From assembly GCA_020137815.1 (NCBI GenBank), contig CM035351.1, positions 8,370,001 through 8,434,000 of the forward strand: 64,000 nt of DNA. Direction: 5' to 3'. Made by a program: the position numbers and the translations under genes. Below, in pieces: positions 36,601-49,520 of this stretch. The notes beneath the pieces were generated by a model. That model had not been told where the DNA came from. It was given only the letters and a program-made list of their open reading frames with translations, and ran no database searches. Within the stretch, counting starts at the first letter, position 1, and every line of letters begins with the position of its first letter. The stretch is from Hormiphora californensis (Eukaryota > Animalia > Ctenophora).

Positions 36601-37886
36601 CCCAATTATTTGTACTGAAATGCACATACACCACTAGGGGCCTCATGCATGATACTGAGATACTAGTATATACTGAGAAAAGACTAAAGTTAAACTGTAA
36701 ACTTGCCTTGCTTTTTTGATATCTCCCACTTCTCCCAAGTTTCGAGGTGTAATGGAGTTCAGGTCAGTAAGGTAACCCTTTGGGTCCACCACTGTCTGTC
36801 CAGATACACTGTCCGAGGCCTGGGGATTTGTGTTTACTGAAAGTGAGGATGAAAGTGAGGATGAAAGTGAAACTGGAACTGACACCAAGATGATATACTC
36901 TACCTGATCCAGTTTGACGCCCAACATAGAGTTTTTAGCGACCCCAATCTGTAGGAGATCTAACTCCCCAGGAGCGGGTGTCTTGAGACCTAGGGAGGTT
37001 GCGGTGCCAGGCATTACGGAGGCAGTACCCGAGTCAGCATAGGAGTTGTGACCACTTTGATATGCCATCCTCTCAATTACACTATCTGGAACTGGCGTGA
37101 ACCTCTCTGCTCTCGTGTTCTGGGGAATAAGGAAGGTTATTTTGTTTTAGGCTGCAACGAAGATTAGAAAATATGGTTCAATAATTGTTGGACATGGGAC
37201 ATGGGCAATGTTTTTACCTTGTTTTTCTTTGTCCTTGTCATATTGGTGACCTCAGGTATGGCTTCCCAGTCATACTCATTCATTGAACTCAGTTCTCTTT
37301 TGATGTCCTCAAACTGCTGCTGAATCTTTGGTTTTTCAATCCGGTACCTCTTGATCTCTTCCTTCAACCGCTCCTCTCTCCTCGCCTTCCTCCTCTCGTC
37401 CATTCTATCATCTACTCGGTCGTAAATCTTATCTGCCTCTTCGTCCTCTTTGTCGTAGGGACCAGAGTTGAACAAGTTTCCACCGTACCCTGGGGGAAGT
37501 GTAATAATATTAGAGTTATAATGTATCGACTATCGGGCTGATCACAACCTGGGAAAGGGTTCAAGCCCGGTAAGTCTATCAGGATGGTCTGCGTTAAAGA
37601 GGGTTTGGTATGTGGGACGTTGATGTGTGTAATAATTACCGTTAAATTCATCATAATTGTTATCATTAAGATCCTCTTCCTCATCAGGCGGCCTGTCGCC
37701 TCCCTTTCCCTTGCTGAAGTTCTTGTGCCGCTCATCCGAGATGTCATTAGCATCTCGGGCAGGTCCAATATCTGATCGGGTAGTGAAACCAGTGGCACCC
37801 CGACCCATTCCCGGGACATAGCCCGGCGGGGCGTTCATCCCGATAAACGCCTTCTTCTTCACATTCACTAGGTTTTGCACGTTCAT
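27603..37886 (-). CDS. PRPF6: Pre-mRNA processing factor 6, multi-exon, hosting two nested genes
   Basis: N-terminal [27 protein letters not shown]; [13 protein letters not shown]; many HAT/TPR exons. C-terminal exon [18 protein letters not shown] at 29762-29898; predicted last acceptor TTCCAG|G TGA at 27603-27608. Confidence 0.95.
27691..29685. mobile_element. Tc1/mariner-like non-autonomous element with tandemly duplicated right end, in the last PRPF6 intron
   Basis: TA|CAGTCGGGCCCCGATTTACCGGG at left; CCCGGTAAATCGGGGTCCGACTG|TA ending at both 29114 and 29685; ~571-bp tandem duplication (about 28580-29150 and 29150-29722). Confidence 0.75.
27898..28168 (+). mobile_element. Short Helitron-like element nested in the Tc1-like element
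   Basis: A|TCTCTATTATAATTTGGAGATGAACGTCGTC 5' end (related copy at ~17064-17095); 3' hairpin CACCCGGC-GAA-GCCGGGTG then TTAG. Confidence 0.55.
30807..31764 (+). CDS. Intronless rhodopsin-like 7TM receptor, nested antisense in a PRPF6 intron; frameshifts near 31420-31560
   Basis: Hydrophobic helices; GAILNLL (TM1), LCVADL (TM2), LSCTRT (TM3); [11 protein letters not shown] in a shifted frame (TM6); [14 protein letters not shown] (TM7). Confidence 0.8.
34320..35132 (-). CDS. Intronless Pim-like Ser/Thr kinase nested in a PRPF6 intron (same strand)
   Basis: [33 protein letters not shown]; complete 270-aa ORF inside intron 33951-35733. Confidence 0.9.
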   Translation of the reverse strand: MSTAAVCVSDLYTSIRVLGEGGYGSVMLVQSKEDGSLHAAKVIPDSKCKRKTYCPLRDCDLPDEIILWEELKHPNILNLEEMYFDEPSDSWILIMEYVAGFEDLFSYIDRTGCLAPAEARKILRGVLDTVFYMLTVGIDHRDIKDENILYNPTTGQIKLIDFGSASLLAERYNRFQGTDVYLPPEFFATGTHGSLPSTTWAIGCLAYCLLNGDCPFATAQDVKDYKTKGLNFLNTSLDLPSREFIIRLLRLNEDDRPFPTEILLDEWMRL

Positions 37887-38834
37887 GGCTGCAGCTACTG
37901 AGAAGAGAGCGGTTACGGGAGGTAGGGTTATAAGTTTAAGTTTAAGTTTAAGTTTATGCACAATTTATCACAAAGTCACACACATTAATATATAACTTCG
38001 TCCCGCTCTTACACCATACACCAATAAAAGTGATACAAGGCTGAGAGGTGAAAATATACAGTTCACATCAGCGGTTTCCTAAAGCGGTTTAAACAATACT
38101 TAGAGACAGTGAAACATATCCTAGTAGCATTGGATGCATAAAAACGAGGAACAATGGAAAATAGAAAACTGAAACAAGGTGATGAACAAACAAAACAAGC
38201 AGACAGACATAAAAACAGATTAAACACAAAGTCACAGACGCAAAACACAACATCAACAGTCAATACAAAACGGTTAATGCAAAAACATGATAACAAACTT
38301 ACAAGCACATTCACAGACAAACAAACAATCACAAACACATATACACAGATTCGGTAATAAATTATAAATTAGCTGTCCTTCAAACACACACTCACTGAAG
38401 AGTCTTTGACAAGTTTTTTATCGAGAAAAACGTATTGAGAAAAACGGTATGTATGGGTCTTCTTTCTTCATTCTTCGGCATAAAACTCAGCCAATCTGGA
38501 ACCTCAGCTACTCAAACTCTGCTAAACAACTCAGAGGCCAGAAAATGTTAACAATTTACACAAATACACACTTGAAAATATTAACTCATTGACTCAGTCA
38601 TGGGTGGTCCCTCTACTAAGTCTCAGGTAGATGTAGGAAGGAATGGTGTAGAAAGTAGGAGGGGGAGGACATCGGGAATGGCATTTATGATAGGATTATT
38701 ATTATTATTATTATTAGATCTTGTATACATAATACATAACGCTTCTTTCTTGTAAGCTATACGGAATTAACTACTGAAAAGATTCACTGCTGATTAGATT
38801 CTATGCTCTTGATTTCTCTAAACTTAGTGATAAG

Positions 38835-38867
<33 letters not shown>

Positions 38868-39277
38868 TATATTATATTAGTGCTGTAGTAATATAATAGT
38901 TGTAACAGATAATGATTAATACAGTTAATAAATTAAGTAATGTAATAAATTAATTAATTAATGTAATAAGTTAATAAGATAACAATAGTAATAATGGTTA
39001 ATTAAGCTATGTAATGTAGTAGAGAAAAGCTACATTACTAGGCTATAGTAAAAATAGTGAAAAAGATTGTATTTTCACGGAATCACACGTAATTCAAATT
39101 TTAAGACGAATATTTAAGATAAGTAGAAAACTTAAGACTAATTTAGGACTAATTTAAGACTTAATTAAGACTAATTCAAGACTAATTTAAGAATATTTAG
39201 AGACTAATTTATGACAATGAAGCTTGGATAACTAATTTACCTACTAAATAAAGTATAAACTTACGATAGCTGCTACG

Positions 39278-42200
39278 TTACGTCAATAGATTATCATCAA
39301 ATGTAGAATTCTCTAATATATGTGCTACTAGCATTCTGAACTTGCGTTTCACGTTTTTGTCTTGACAAAATATTAAGGGGATACGGTAGTTTAATTCGTA
39401 GATGGCTAAAGAACTGAGCTCCTGTCTTAGAGCAGACACTGCCCCTGCAGATACACATTCAAATAGTTTGTGGTAAGATGAGTCGGGCAACAACCCACAC
39501 TCTAGGCATGTCGGAACGGACACCGTGCTGTCATGCTGCAGATACCGGAACGCAAAGTTCTGAAAACGTAGATTATGACCGTGAGTGAAGTCGATAATCG
39601 CCGTAGATTCTCCTCTACTGAGAGCTCGATGGAGAAGAGGGGTGAGAACAACTTCCCTTGTGTTGACCAGTCTTCTCAAGTCCTCCACCGTGTGACTAGG
39701 TTCCAGCGTATATTCATCGGTTTTGAAAAGGTGTTCCATTTGTTGTTTGACGGTATCATCCCACAGTTTGTATCCGTAGTCGTCTATTTCTCCTTTGGTG
39801 TACAATAGCTGATCTCGCTCATAGTTTATCAAGTCACATCTTCTGAGAAAGCTCCTTCTTCTCGTAGCTGCCGGAACATTAGCATCTGTACTCTCCTGAT
39901 CCTGGTCCTCCACCCATCGGAGATAGCATTTGGTCATGGTTAGATGATGTGCGAACTTATGGTACGGTTCCGAGTCAATTTGTAGAAGTTTGGCACTGAT
40001 GCTATCCTCAGCTAGCAACCCTTTCAGCACAAATTTGATCGTCAGAATCCTCAAGGTGACTGCAAGAGGTGGTACTGTTGTGAGAAGGTCTCCTATCATG
40101 TTTGGGACATGAAACTGACTTCCCAGGATTTTCAGCTTGGCTCGAGCCATGAGGTCTTTAAAGCTTGATATCCGGTCTTCCAGCCAGAGAGGGGCCGCGT
40201 ATAGTAGCTTCGTAAGCACCACTGTTTTGAAAAGTAAAGCCAACGAAGTACTATTCAGTCCATCCGTTCTAGTTGTGGATGTCGAGAGTCTACTCCATGC
40301 AAACCAGCATTTCTTTAAGGTAAAGGACGCATGTTGTTGAAAGTTCAGGTCTTTGTCTAGGTAAACGCCCAAAACCTTGCTGGAATCTGCATATAAAATT
40401 TCTTCATTGCCGAGGTAGAATTTTGGAAGTACTGTCGGTGGTTCTGATCTTTTAGGACGTACAACAAGGATTTCAGTCTTGTCTTTTCCACAGTTCACCA
40501 CCAGCCGCCAAGTCCTACACCATTCGTGGATGTATTGTAGTACTCTTTGCATAGATGATTCACATTCTTTGTCTGTACCAGTGATAACTACAGTTCCATC
40601 GTCTGCAAATTTGAATGTTTCAGTGTGGTGACGAATATCAGTTGGTAAGTTTCTCGTAGTCAGAAGATCTCCGATGTAAAGGATAAATAGGAGAGGCGAA
40701 AGTACTGCTCCTTGTGGTAATCCTGTGGTTCCACAGATTCTGGCTCGTCCCACCTTTCCGTTTATCTTCAAACTGACCAATCGGTTGCTAAGCATAGAAT
40801 GGAGTAACTTCAGGATTCTGCCATGTACTCCTAAGCGATGGATTTTGTAGATGAGGAGAGGAATCGGCACACTGTCAAAGGCCTTCTCGAAATCTATCAG
40901 CAAAAGATAGGCGGTTGCCTTTCTCCTACGGTTTTCATGTAGAGTTGCCAGCATTCGGTATAGATATCGAGTACAGCTCCGGTTTGGTAGAAATCCTTCC
41001 TGTTCATCTTCGAGCAACGTTTCGCTATAGCAATGGTCCCTCATTCTTCGGTCTAACACCCTCTCAAAAAGTTTACCGATGTACATACTGATGGTGATAG
41101 GGCGGAAAGACCCCGGTTTGAGATATGAGCTCTTTCCTGCTTTCTTGATGAAGGAAACCGTTGATGCTCTCCAGGGCCATACCGAACACTTCAAACACAA
41201 ATCGAATAACTCGGCTAGAAAGTTTACTGCCCGACCTCCCATATGTTTCAGAGTTCTCGGGTGAACCCCATCTCCATCCGCTGCCTTTCCACTCCAATCC
41301 TGTGCTGAGATCGCCTGTTCCACTTCTCTTCGTTCCACTTTGCTATTCAGTAGGTTCTCCTCTCCAGGTTCCTCGTCCGTTAAATCCACTGACATGATGT
41401 CCTCCACTTGCCTGCATATCCGCCTGTACTCCTCTTCATCGAAGTCCCTGTTCTTGAGGTGTTCCCCTTCAAAGTACGTCCTAAACAGTATATCTTCTTT
41501 TTCTGATTGACTGTGTTTCAGGGTGCCTTCAAAATCCAAACACCCTATGAAATTTTCCTCTTGGGCCAAGAACAATCCTCTGTAGCGCTTCCAGAAAAGA
41601 TTACTGTCGTGCACATTTAACCCTTGAAGTCGTTCATGTATCCACTTGTTCTTACTCTTAATCAGCGTCTCCTTGAAGATGGCTTTCGCTGCTTCCACGA
41701 GTTCTTTATTCCGAGTTGTTCGCCTGAATTGATAGTGTCGTAGAGCTCCTTGGAGATTTTTTGATAGTCCCGACAGTTCATGTGTCCAGAATGGTTTGCT
41801 ATATCGACAGATAGTCTTCTTCGAGATGAATAGTTCACATGCTTCTCTATGTATCCTCAGAAACTCCTTGTACAAGTCCTCTGGATCTTCAGTTCCACGT
41901 ATTTCCGGAAGATGACGCTCCAAAAATTCCTTCCACTCGTCCCACTCTGCTTCCTCGTAGTTGAATACCCTCTTCCGCTGTATGTGTTTATTGACCTGAC
42001 CAATTGTTATATGTACTGGTATGTGTCCTCGATCCGGCGCTCCAGTGAACAGACAAAGCCCTTCGTCCTGATCGACCCAAAGTCCCCTAAGTGGTCCAGA
42101 GTTGCCAAATATCAATGTTAGATCTATGACACTACCTCCTCCAGCGCATAGAAACGTATTCCTCATCGGTGATAAGATCCGGGCCCCCTGCTGGTTACAA

Positions 42201-42673
42201 AATGTCTCTAGTAGATGACCATTGCTGTTGTAAAGTCTATCGCCCCAAGCTTGTCCTCTCGCGTTAAAGTCCCCCATGACTTGGAGAGTAGCAACCCCGT
42301 TTGCATAACAGTATCTCCAAGCCTCTTGAATGGTGCTCAGTAGTCTGCTGAGGTCCGACGACGGGCTACTGTATACCGAAGCATACATCACAGGTCGCTT
42401 TGAAGGTGTTGCAATCACGAAAACAGCTGCAACACCCTTTACTTCTAAACTGGGAATTCTCTGAGGATAGAACGACTTATCAACCGAGATGGTGACACCT
42501 TGATCGTCTGCAACTCCAAAAGTTCGTAGGTTTTTGAAAACGTCCTCGTTTGGTACCGTACCGGTTTCCTGCAGTGCCAGTACCGTGATGTTTCTATCGG
42601 AACAATAGTGGTCAATCGCTGTACTGGAATGAGAAGAGAGGCCCGAAATATTTAGTTGACAGATACTAACCAT
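39278..42673 (-). CDS. LINE ORF2: AP endonuclease + reverse transcriptase + C-terminal zinc finger
   Basis: QLNISG, LALQET, MGDFNA, IDLT; FRPIT, QEGF, IDFEKAFD, GLPQGAVLSPLLF, FADD, LGVYLD; CLECG...H...C. No RNase H domain recognised. Confidence 0.97.
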   Translation of the reverse strand: MVSICQLNISGLSSHSSTAIDHYCSDRNITVLALQETGTVPNEDVFKNLRTFGVADDQGVTISVDKSFYPQRIPSLEVKGVAAVFVIATPSKRPVMYASVYSSPSSDLSRLLSTIQEAWRYCYANGVATLQVMGDFNARGQAWGDRLYNSNGHLLETFCNQQGARILSPMRNTFLCAGGGSVIDLTLIFGNSGPLRGLWVDQDEGLCLFTGAPDRGHIPVHITIGQVNKHIQRKRVFNYEEAEWDEWKEFLERHLPEIRGTEDPEDLYKEFLRIHREACELFISKKTICRYSKPFWTHELSGLSKNLQGALRHYQFRRTTRNKELVEAAKAIFKETLIKSKNKWIHERLQGLNVHDSNLFWKRYRGLFLAQEENFIGCLDFEGTLKHSQSEKEDILFRTYFEGEHLKNRDFDEEEYRRICRQVEDIMSVDLTDEEPGEENLLNSKVERREVEQAISAQDWSGKAADGDGVHPRTLKHMGGRAVNFLAELFDLCLKCSVWPWRASTVSFIKKAGKSSYLKPGSFRPITISMYIGKLFERVLDRRMRDHCYSETLLEDEQEGFLPNRSCTRYLYRMLATLHENRRRKATAYLLLIDFEKAFDSVPIPLLIYKIHRLGVHGRILKLLHSMLSNRLVSLKINGKVGRARICGTTGLPQGAVLSPLLFILYIGDLLTTRNLPTDIRHHTETFKFADDGTVVITGTDKECESSMQRVLQYIHEWCRTWRLVVNCGKDKTEILVVRPKRSEPPTVLPKFYLGNEEILYADSSKVLGVYLDKDLNFQQHASFTLKKCWFAWSRLSTSTTRTDGLNSTSLALLFKTVVLTKLLYAAPLWLEDRISSFKDLMARAKLKILGSQFHVPNMIGDLLTTVPPLAVTLRILTIKFVLKGLLAEDSISAKLLQIDSEPYHKFAHHLTMTKCYLRWVEDQDQESTDANVPAATRRRSFLRRCDLINYERDQLLYTKGEIDDYGYKLWDDTVKQQMEHLFKTDEYTLEPSHTVEDLRRLVNTREVVLTPLLHRALSRGESTAIIDFTHGHNLRFQNFAFRYLQHDSTVSVPTCLECGLLPDSSYHKLFECVSAGAVSALRQELSSLAIYELNYRIPLIFCQDKNVKRKFRMLVAHILENSTFDDNLLT

Positions 42674-44174
42674 GATGAAGATCGTTTTGATGGGCAGTAT
42701 ATACTGGACAGGTTGTACTGTTGGAGTTGTGATTTCCGCTGCAGTGGATACACTTGGCCTCGGCTTGACAGGGATCCGCTGTATGCGTGCTTACCCTCTC
42801 ACCACATTGAACGCAGGCCTCGTTGTTATTGCACCATGCGGTCCAGTGCCCGTATTTCCAACACTTTCGACATTGGAGCGGTTTGATCACCCGTCTGTCG
42901 ATATACTCACGTATACGGAAGTGCCTTGTGTCTATGTTTAGTCCCATAGTTATAGCCTTATTCCTCAGATCTTCCGATTCAAAGATTAGCCGTACAGAGT
43001 ATCTTGGGTTTCCATTGTTATCAGTGAATCTGTAAACTTTTGGCGTTGTTCCCAGTTCTTCCGAGCAGGCTTCCATAATCTCAGTATCAGAGACTTCTAG
43101 AGGAACATGATCCATAACTGCCTTTTGACTCGGACCTGTGTTAGCGAGGATGACGGCTGAGGTTTTAGTCCCTTCACCCCCAAAGAATTTAGGTTGCCAC
43201 CCGTCAACTACCTTATGTGCATCTGCAGGGGATGTCAATTCTATAAGCAATGAACCCCTAGTGGTAGGTTTAAATTGGTCTACTGGCATGTTAGGATAGT
43301 TTAAATTAAATTCAGTCAAGATTAAATGTCCCTGTGCTAAATATCTACTATAATTAACCACCCCTCTCACTTGTACAGTCCGTTTTGGATCACATCTCGA
43401 CTTCCCTACTTCTCTCGTTCCCTCAGGCATCTTAGGCCTCACCGTTCCACCGATTGACTGTCCCATGGTGTTCACTCTTCCGGCATCTTGCCATGTTGAA
43501 TCATTGGCTGGTTCACGGATCGGGACGTCCCTGCGACGGGCTGGGCTGAATGTTACATTGTTTGAGCTCACAGCAGATGTTGTACTAGCAGTGTTCAAAG
43601 GAGGAGTCAAGTAACTCTTGTTCAATGATTTACCGACTTCCTCTACAATATTGGTGTTTATATCGGTAAGAAACGCGGTAACTTTGCCTATCATGGCCTG
43701 CTCAAAGTTTTCTAAACGATCGTCCAATATCTTCTGGGTAAGTACAGACGGTTCGTTGCTCATACTCTTAATAGTACAGTTCAGTTCATCGTCCCTACAG
43801 CTGGGACAAAACCATGCTAAACCCTCGTATTCGTTTATCAGCAAACAGGTTTTATCATCATCTAGAACGGCAGAACAGTCACTATTTCGGCATGTTACAG
43901 TATACTCTCCATTGATGGTTGACGGGGCATTAGATGCCTGCTCATGTAGATCGTCCAAAAGTTCAAGCGTGAGACAGTACGCACTCCTCAATAACTGTAG
44001 TATATCAGTACGGCTGGGCTTGGAAGACGGGGGATTTGGTGATCCCTTGGTGACAAAATTCATTAACCCTTTCTGTTCAACTGCGGCTTTCAACGCAAGA
44101 AATCCATCGTGGGTGTCTCGAACAGTTTTCATATCGGGGTTATCCTCCCCGTTCTTCTTTTTCGTTTTAGTCAT
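42666..44174 (-). CDS. LINE ORF1: Gag-like protein with degenerate PHD-like motif and three CCHC knuckles
   Basis: WFCPSC; CRKCWKYGHWTAWC, CVQCG...H...C, CIHCSGNH...C; overlaps ORF2 by 8 nt. Confidence 0.9.
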   Translation of the reverse strand: MTKTKKKNGEDNPDMKTVRDTHDGFLALKAAVEQKGLMNFVTKGSPNPPSSKPSRTDILQLLRSAYCLTLELLDDLHEQASNAPSTINGEYTVTCRNSDCSAVLDDDKTCLLINEYEGLAWFCPSCRDDELNCTIKSMSNEPSVLTQKILDDRLENFEQAMIGKVTAFLTDINTNIVEEVGKSLNKSYLTPPLNTASTTSAVSSNNVTFSPARRRDVPIREPANDSTWQDAGRVNTMGQSIGGTVRPKMPEGTREVGKSRCDPKRTVQVRGVVNYSRYLAQGHLILTEFNLNYPNMPVDQFKPTTRGSLLIELTSPADAHKVVDGWQPKFFGGEGTKTSAVILANTGPSQKAVMDHVPLEVSDTEIMEACSEELGTTPKVYRFTDNNGNPRYSVRLIFESEDLRNKAITMGLNIDTRHFRIREYIDRRVIKPLQCRKCWKYGHWTAWCNNNEACVQCGERVSTHTADPCQAEAKCIHCSGNHNSNSTTCPVYTAHQNDLHHG

Positions 44175-44820
44175 GGTTTCTGCCCTTAGGGGCGGCTAGT
44201 GGGTCGCCATCCTAAAACTCAAATTAATTAATAGGAAGGGCATGTGGCTGGCCTACGCTAGACTTTCCGTCATCAAGTTGTTGACAAAAACGCACACAAC
44301 AAGGCTCTGCAGTTGGGACATGGGTTTGGAATTAATGGGCCCTCGCCCCTCGGCCAGTCGGCCATTTTTTGTGAAGTTTGAAGTCTTCAAACGGCCATAA
44401 ATAACGTTCCTGGTGATATGGATATTTCATCTCGATTGTGCCAGAAAGAACTCAATGAGATCTTCCCAACGCAACCAACATGAAGGTTCTATCGTATCAG
44501 AAACCGGCAAAAAGGTCGTCTTAAGTTCTTTAAAGTGGAAAAGTGATTTTAGAAAAATAAATTCTTGGTGTCCACGATTTTTATATATTTTTACGTTAAC
44601 CCACGTATCGCGCGCATTGAATAAATGCTAACAATGCGCGCGGGAAACCTTTAACCAGTACAGTTGCAGCGCGCCTTCCATGCAACTGCCCCAAATAAGA
44701 GCGACACCCGTTTTGCCACGAAACACAAACAATTAGAATCAAAATTCAATCTTTATTTTATAAATTCAATTTAAATCGTTTTTATAAAACAATAATTTAG
44801 ATAAAATAAAACATTGTTCG

Positions 44821-46548
<1,728 letters not shown>

Positions 46549-46610
46549 GCTGCTAAAAATGGGGTAATAAATTAATATATAAAATAAAAGCTCACTACCT
46601 CTAATAAAGA

Positions 46611-47645
46611 TCACAAATCATCAAAAAACTCAGCGCTCTGTTTTTTCTTCATGTCATCAACAGTAACATGCCGAGCCTTCTTCTTTTTCCGTTTCTTCTC
46701 CTCTCCATCACTGTCACTATCATCCTCTTCCTCTCTCATAGCCTCCAACTGCTCCTCAAATACCCCCATATCCCACACCCTCAAACACTGATCGTGGCCG
46801 ATGGAGAGGAGAGACTCCTGATGGAGACATAACCCTTCAATAGGGCTCCGTTTGTGGTCTCCAACGGGTGGGAGTGGTCGGTGTGGGAATAGGGTGGTGG
46901 CTCTGATGATCCCGTCCATACACCCCATCAATATTACATCATCAGAGAAGGGCAGGACAACATCAACACTAACCTCACTCTGCACGGGGATCCTGTCCGT
47001 AATGTCCCCCCAATCACCCCAACTAAACACATTAACAACACCCTCCCCATCCCCACACACCACCTTACTACCACCCCGCACCACATCACATGTCAACAGT
47101 TCACTGTCACACTCATCTGACCGGGTGATGAGCTTTCTCTGTCTCGAATTCCAGGCTGACAACCGACCATTACCAGAGGTAGCTACTAGGGTGGACCCTG
47201 AACTGTCAACCGCGAGGGCGGAGATAAAGTTGTCGTGTTCTGGTTCTGTCATAACGGCAGCCTCGCCATCCCCTTTTCTGAGGTCCCATAGTTTTATCAC
47301 CCCACCATCATCACCCGTTGCTAGAACATTCTCCCTCACATCGCACAGGGAATACAGGGCATGGTCATGAGCATCCTCAAAGCGACGTACCACCTTTCTC
47401 TTCTCGACATCTGTTAGAGCTATGGATTTATCGCTTGATATTGACACGAGTTGATCCCCGACAAACAGAATAACTCGGCAAGATTCAGTGTGGGTGTTGA
47501 GTGTTTTTAGTTTTTTAGGTTTGGGATCCGTTGAGAGAAGGAGGATGTTTCCATCGATGTTGCTAAGGGCAACGAGATCTGAGGTTTGGTGGGAGTCAAC
47601 TGAGAATGGTAGGGAGCGGAGTTTTAGTAGACACTTTGGCTTCAT
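46611..47645 (-). CDS. WDR55: WD repeat protein 55 (Jip5-like), intronless
   Basis: [39 protein letters not shown]...FSWGDWG; acidic/basic tail ending FFDDL. Confidence 0.88.
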   Translation of the reverse strand: MKPKCLLKLRSLPFSVDSHQTSDLVALSNIDGNILLLSTDPKPKKLKTLNTHTESCRVILFVGDQLVSISSDKSIALTDVEKRKVVRRFEDAHDHALYSLCDVRENVLATGDDGGVIKLWDLRKGDGEAAVMTEPEHDNFISALAVDSSGSTLVATSGNGRLSAWNSRQRKLITRSDECDSELLTCDVVRGGSKVVCGDGEGVVNVFSWGDWGDITDRIPVQSEVSVDVVLPFSDDVILMGCMDGIIRATTLFPHRPLPPVGDHKRSPIEGLCLHQESLLSIGHDQCLRVWDMGVFEEQLEAMREEEDDSDSDGEEKKRKKKKARHVTVDDMKKKQSAEFFDDL

Positions 47646-47895
47646 CCTGGAAAAGAGGGTTTTTTTTGTAAACTAATATAGTTCACGAGTTGCCACGATT
47701 GATTGATATAAGTTTCACACATATAAGACTAAAAAACCTGGAATGAAAAGTTGGAAAGTTGGAAAGTTGGAAAATATTAATAGAATACTCATTCGACTCA
47801 ATGTTCAGACTGTCTCCTGTGGCCTCTCCATCTCCACATATATGAAAAATACAACTCTAAATATTTCAAGGTAAAAACAATACACACACACGATT

Positions 47896-49286
47896 TCAAT
47901 CTGAGTCTGACGGATGTAATCGCCGCTTTTTCCGCTTCTCAACAGAGGATTTTCTCCTTTTTACTTCTTTAGTTTGATTTTTGTCATTTTGGTCGTCTCT
48001 TTTATCTTTATCACTTTTTCTCCTCTCCCTATTGTTACTCCTCTCTCTTTCCGTGTCCAATCGATCGTCTCTCCTATCACTTTTTCTCCTCTCTTTACTC
48101 CTTCCTCTTTCCGTATCCCTTCGGTCGTCTCTTCTATCACTCTTTCTCCTCTCTTTACTCCTCTCTCTTTCTCTACTACTCCTATCTCTTTCTCTACTTC
48201 TCTCTCTTTCCGTCTTTTGATCGTCACCTCTATCACTAACTCTCCTCTTTTCAATTTCCTTTCCCTCAGATATTTTTCTAGATCGCGGTTCAGGATCCCC
48301 ATCTTTATCATCATCATGCTGAGATTTCCGTCTCTTCTTCTTTTTCTTTTTCTTTTTGCTCTTTTTCTCCTCATCTGAGCTCGATGAGTCCTCTAACATG
48401 GCCTTCATCTGGGCGATCCTCAACTCCTTCTGGGATCTCTCTTCGTCCTGCTCGTCAAACTGCAGGAAGGGGGTGTTAAGAAGGGAAGATGTGACACTGC
48501 AGATTACAGAAAGGGGGAAGGACGAATTGGAGGAGGCAGGAGCATGGTGATGGAACTGTTTTAAAAAAAAGGAGGTTACTTATTACTGTGTATAAACAGG
48601 AGGTTACCTTTTTCCGTAGAACATGGTACATGGGATCCTCGTGTGCCATTCTAAACTGTTCATTCTGGGTGTTACCAGTGCGAGACAGCTGACACTCCCT
48701 GTCTCCTGACCTACATAATAACAATATGTCAGTGAACATCAAGTAACGGGGTATTTATAATTGTGGTGTTATCACGCGATGACCAAATATGGGTGTCACG
48801 TGTTGACCAAAAAAACATTATAGGTGTCACGTGACTATATACCTGTGCCCGTATTCCTTGCACCTCCAACATTGCATCACCTTCACTTCCTTTCCAAGTG
48901 GCATCCAGAGGCCTTTTGTAGGGGCATTGGCCAGAAACTCTCTTGCCTGTGGGTGTGACAGTGAAATAAAATTTCATCCTTATCAGATGATCCCAGCTAC
49001 GGTTACAGGACATTAATACATTTCACTGTACTAGCATGAAATTTGTTCATGAGCAGTTGAGTAAGACACCTTCAACCCATGTCAACTCCCCCCCCCAGTC
49101 CCCCTGTCTCACCTGTTTATTCTCTGGTAAGTCTGGGATACAGTCCTCAGGTTTCTCTTCCTCTCGCTTCACATATGCGGGCTGGTGGTAAAACAAATCA
49201 AGATGTTTCAACTTCTTGCTTTTCTGTTTTAACCGTGGATTTAGTACATCCTCCTCCGCAGTTTTCTCTCCCAAATCTCGTGACAT
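47896..49286 (-). CDS. RP9: RP9 / PAP-1 (Pim-1-associated) splicing factor, multi-exon
   Basis: Spliced translation KPEDCIPDLPENKQ|AREFLANAPTKGLWMPLGKEVKVMQCWRCKEYGHR|SGDREC...EQFRMAHEDPMY...RIAQMKAMLEDSSS followed by a K/RS-rich tail. Confidence 0.92.
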
Positions 49287-49520
49287 TATGCCTTAATAGA
49301 ATTTTGTGGTTGAACACATGTATATTGGTATTTGCGAGGGAATGGATGCCAGTATATTTGTTAGTACATTTATTGGTGGCATCTGAGAAGAGGAAACAAA
49401 CCCATTTTTGCAATGAAATTGTGAATCGTTATAGCAGCGAATAAATATAATGACACAACACTAAAACACTGATAACCCAGTCAGGAGTATTTAGTAAATA
49501 CTATTTACAATCAATCATCA

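Larger units (their letters stand above)
38696..44230 (-). mobile_element. Full-length non-LTR retrotransposon (I/Jockey-group-like), both ORFs intact
   Basis: Two overlapping ORFs, AT-rich 3' UTR, (TAA)7 tail at 38696-38716, and a 6-bp target duplication ATAGGA at 38690-38695 and 44231-44236. Confidence 0.92.

Noticed and set aside
44231-44300. LINE inserted site-specifically into an SL RNA gene
   Set aside because: The upstream flank does not continue as leader sequence as I recall it, and the flank after the tail lacks a GT donor.
46852-47370. Long antisense ORFs over WDR55, RP9, PRPF6 and the LINE
   Set aside because: Shadow frames of real genes on the opposite strand.
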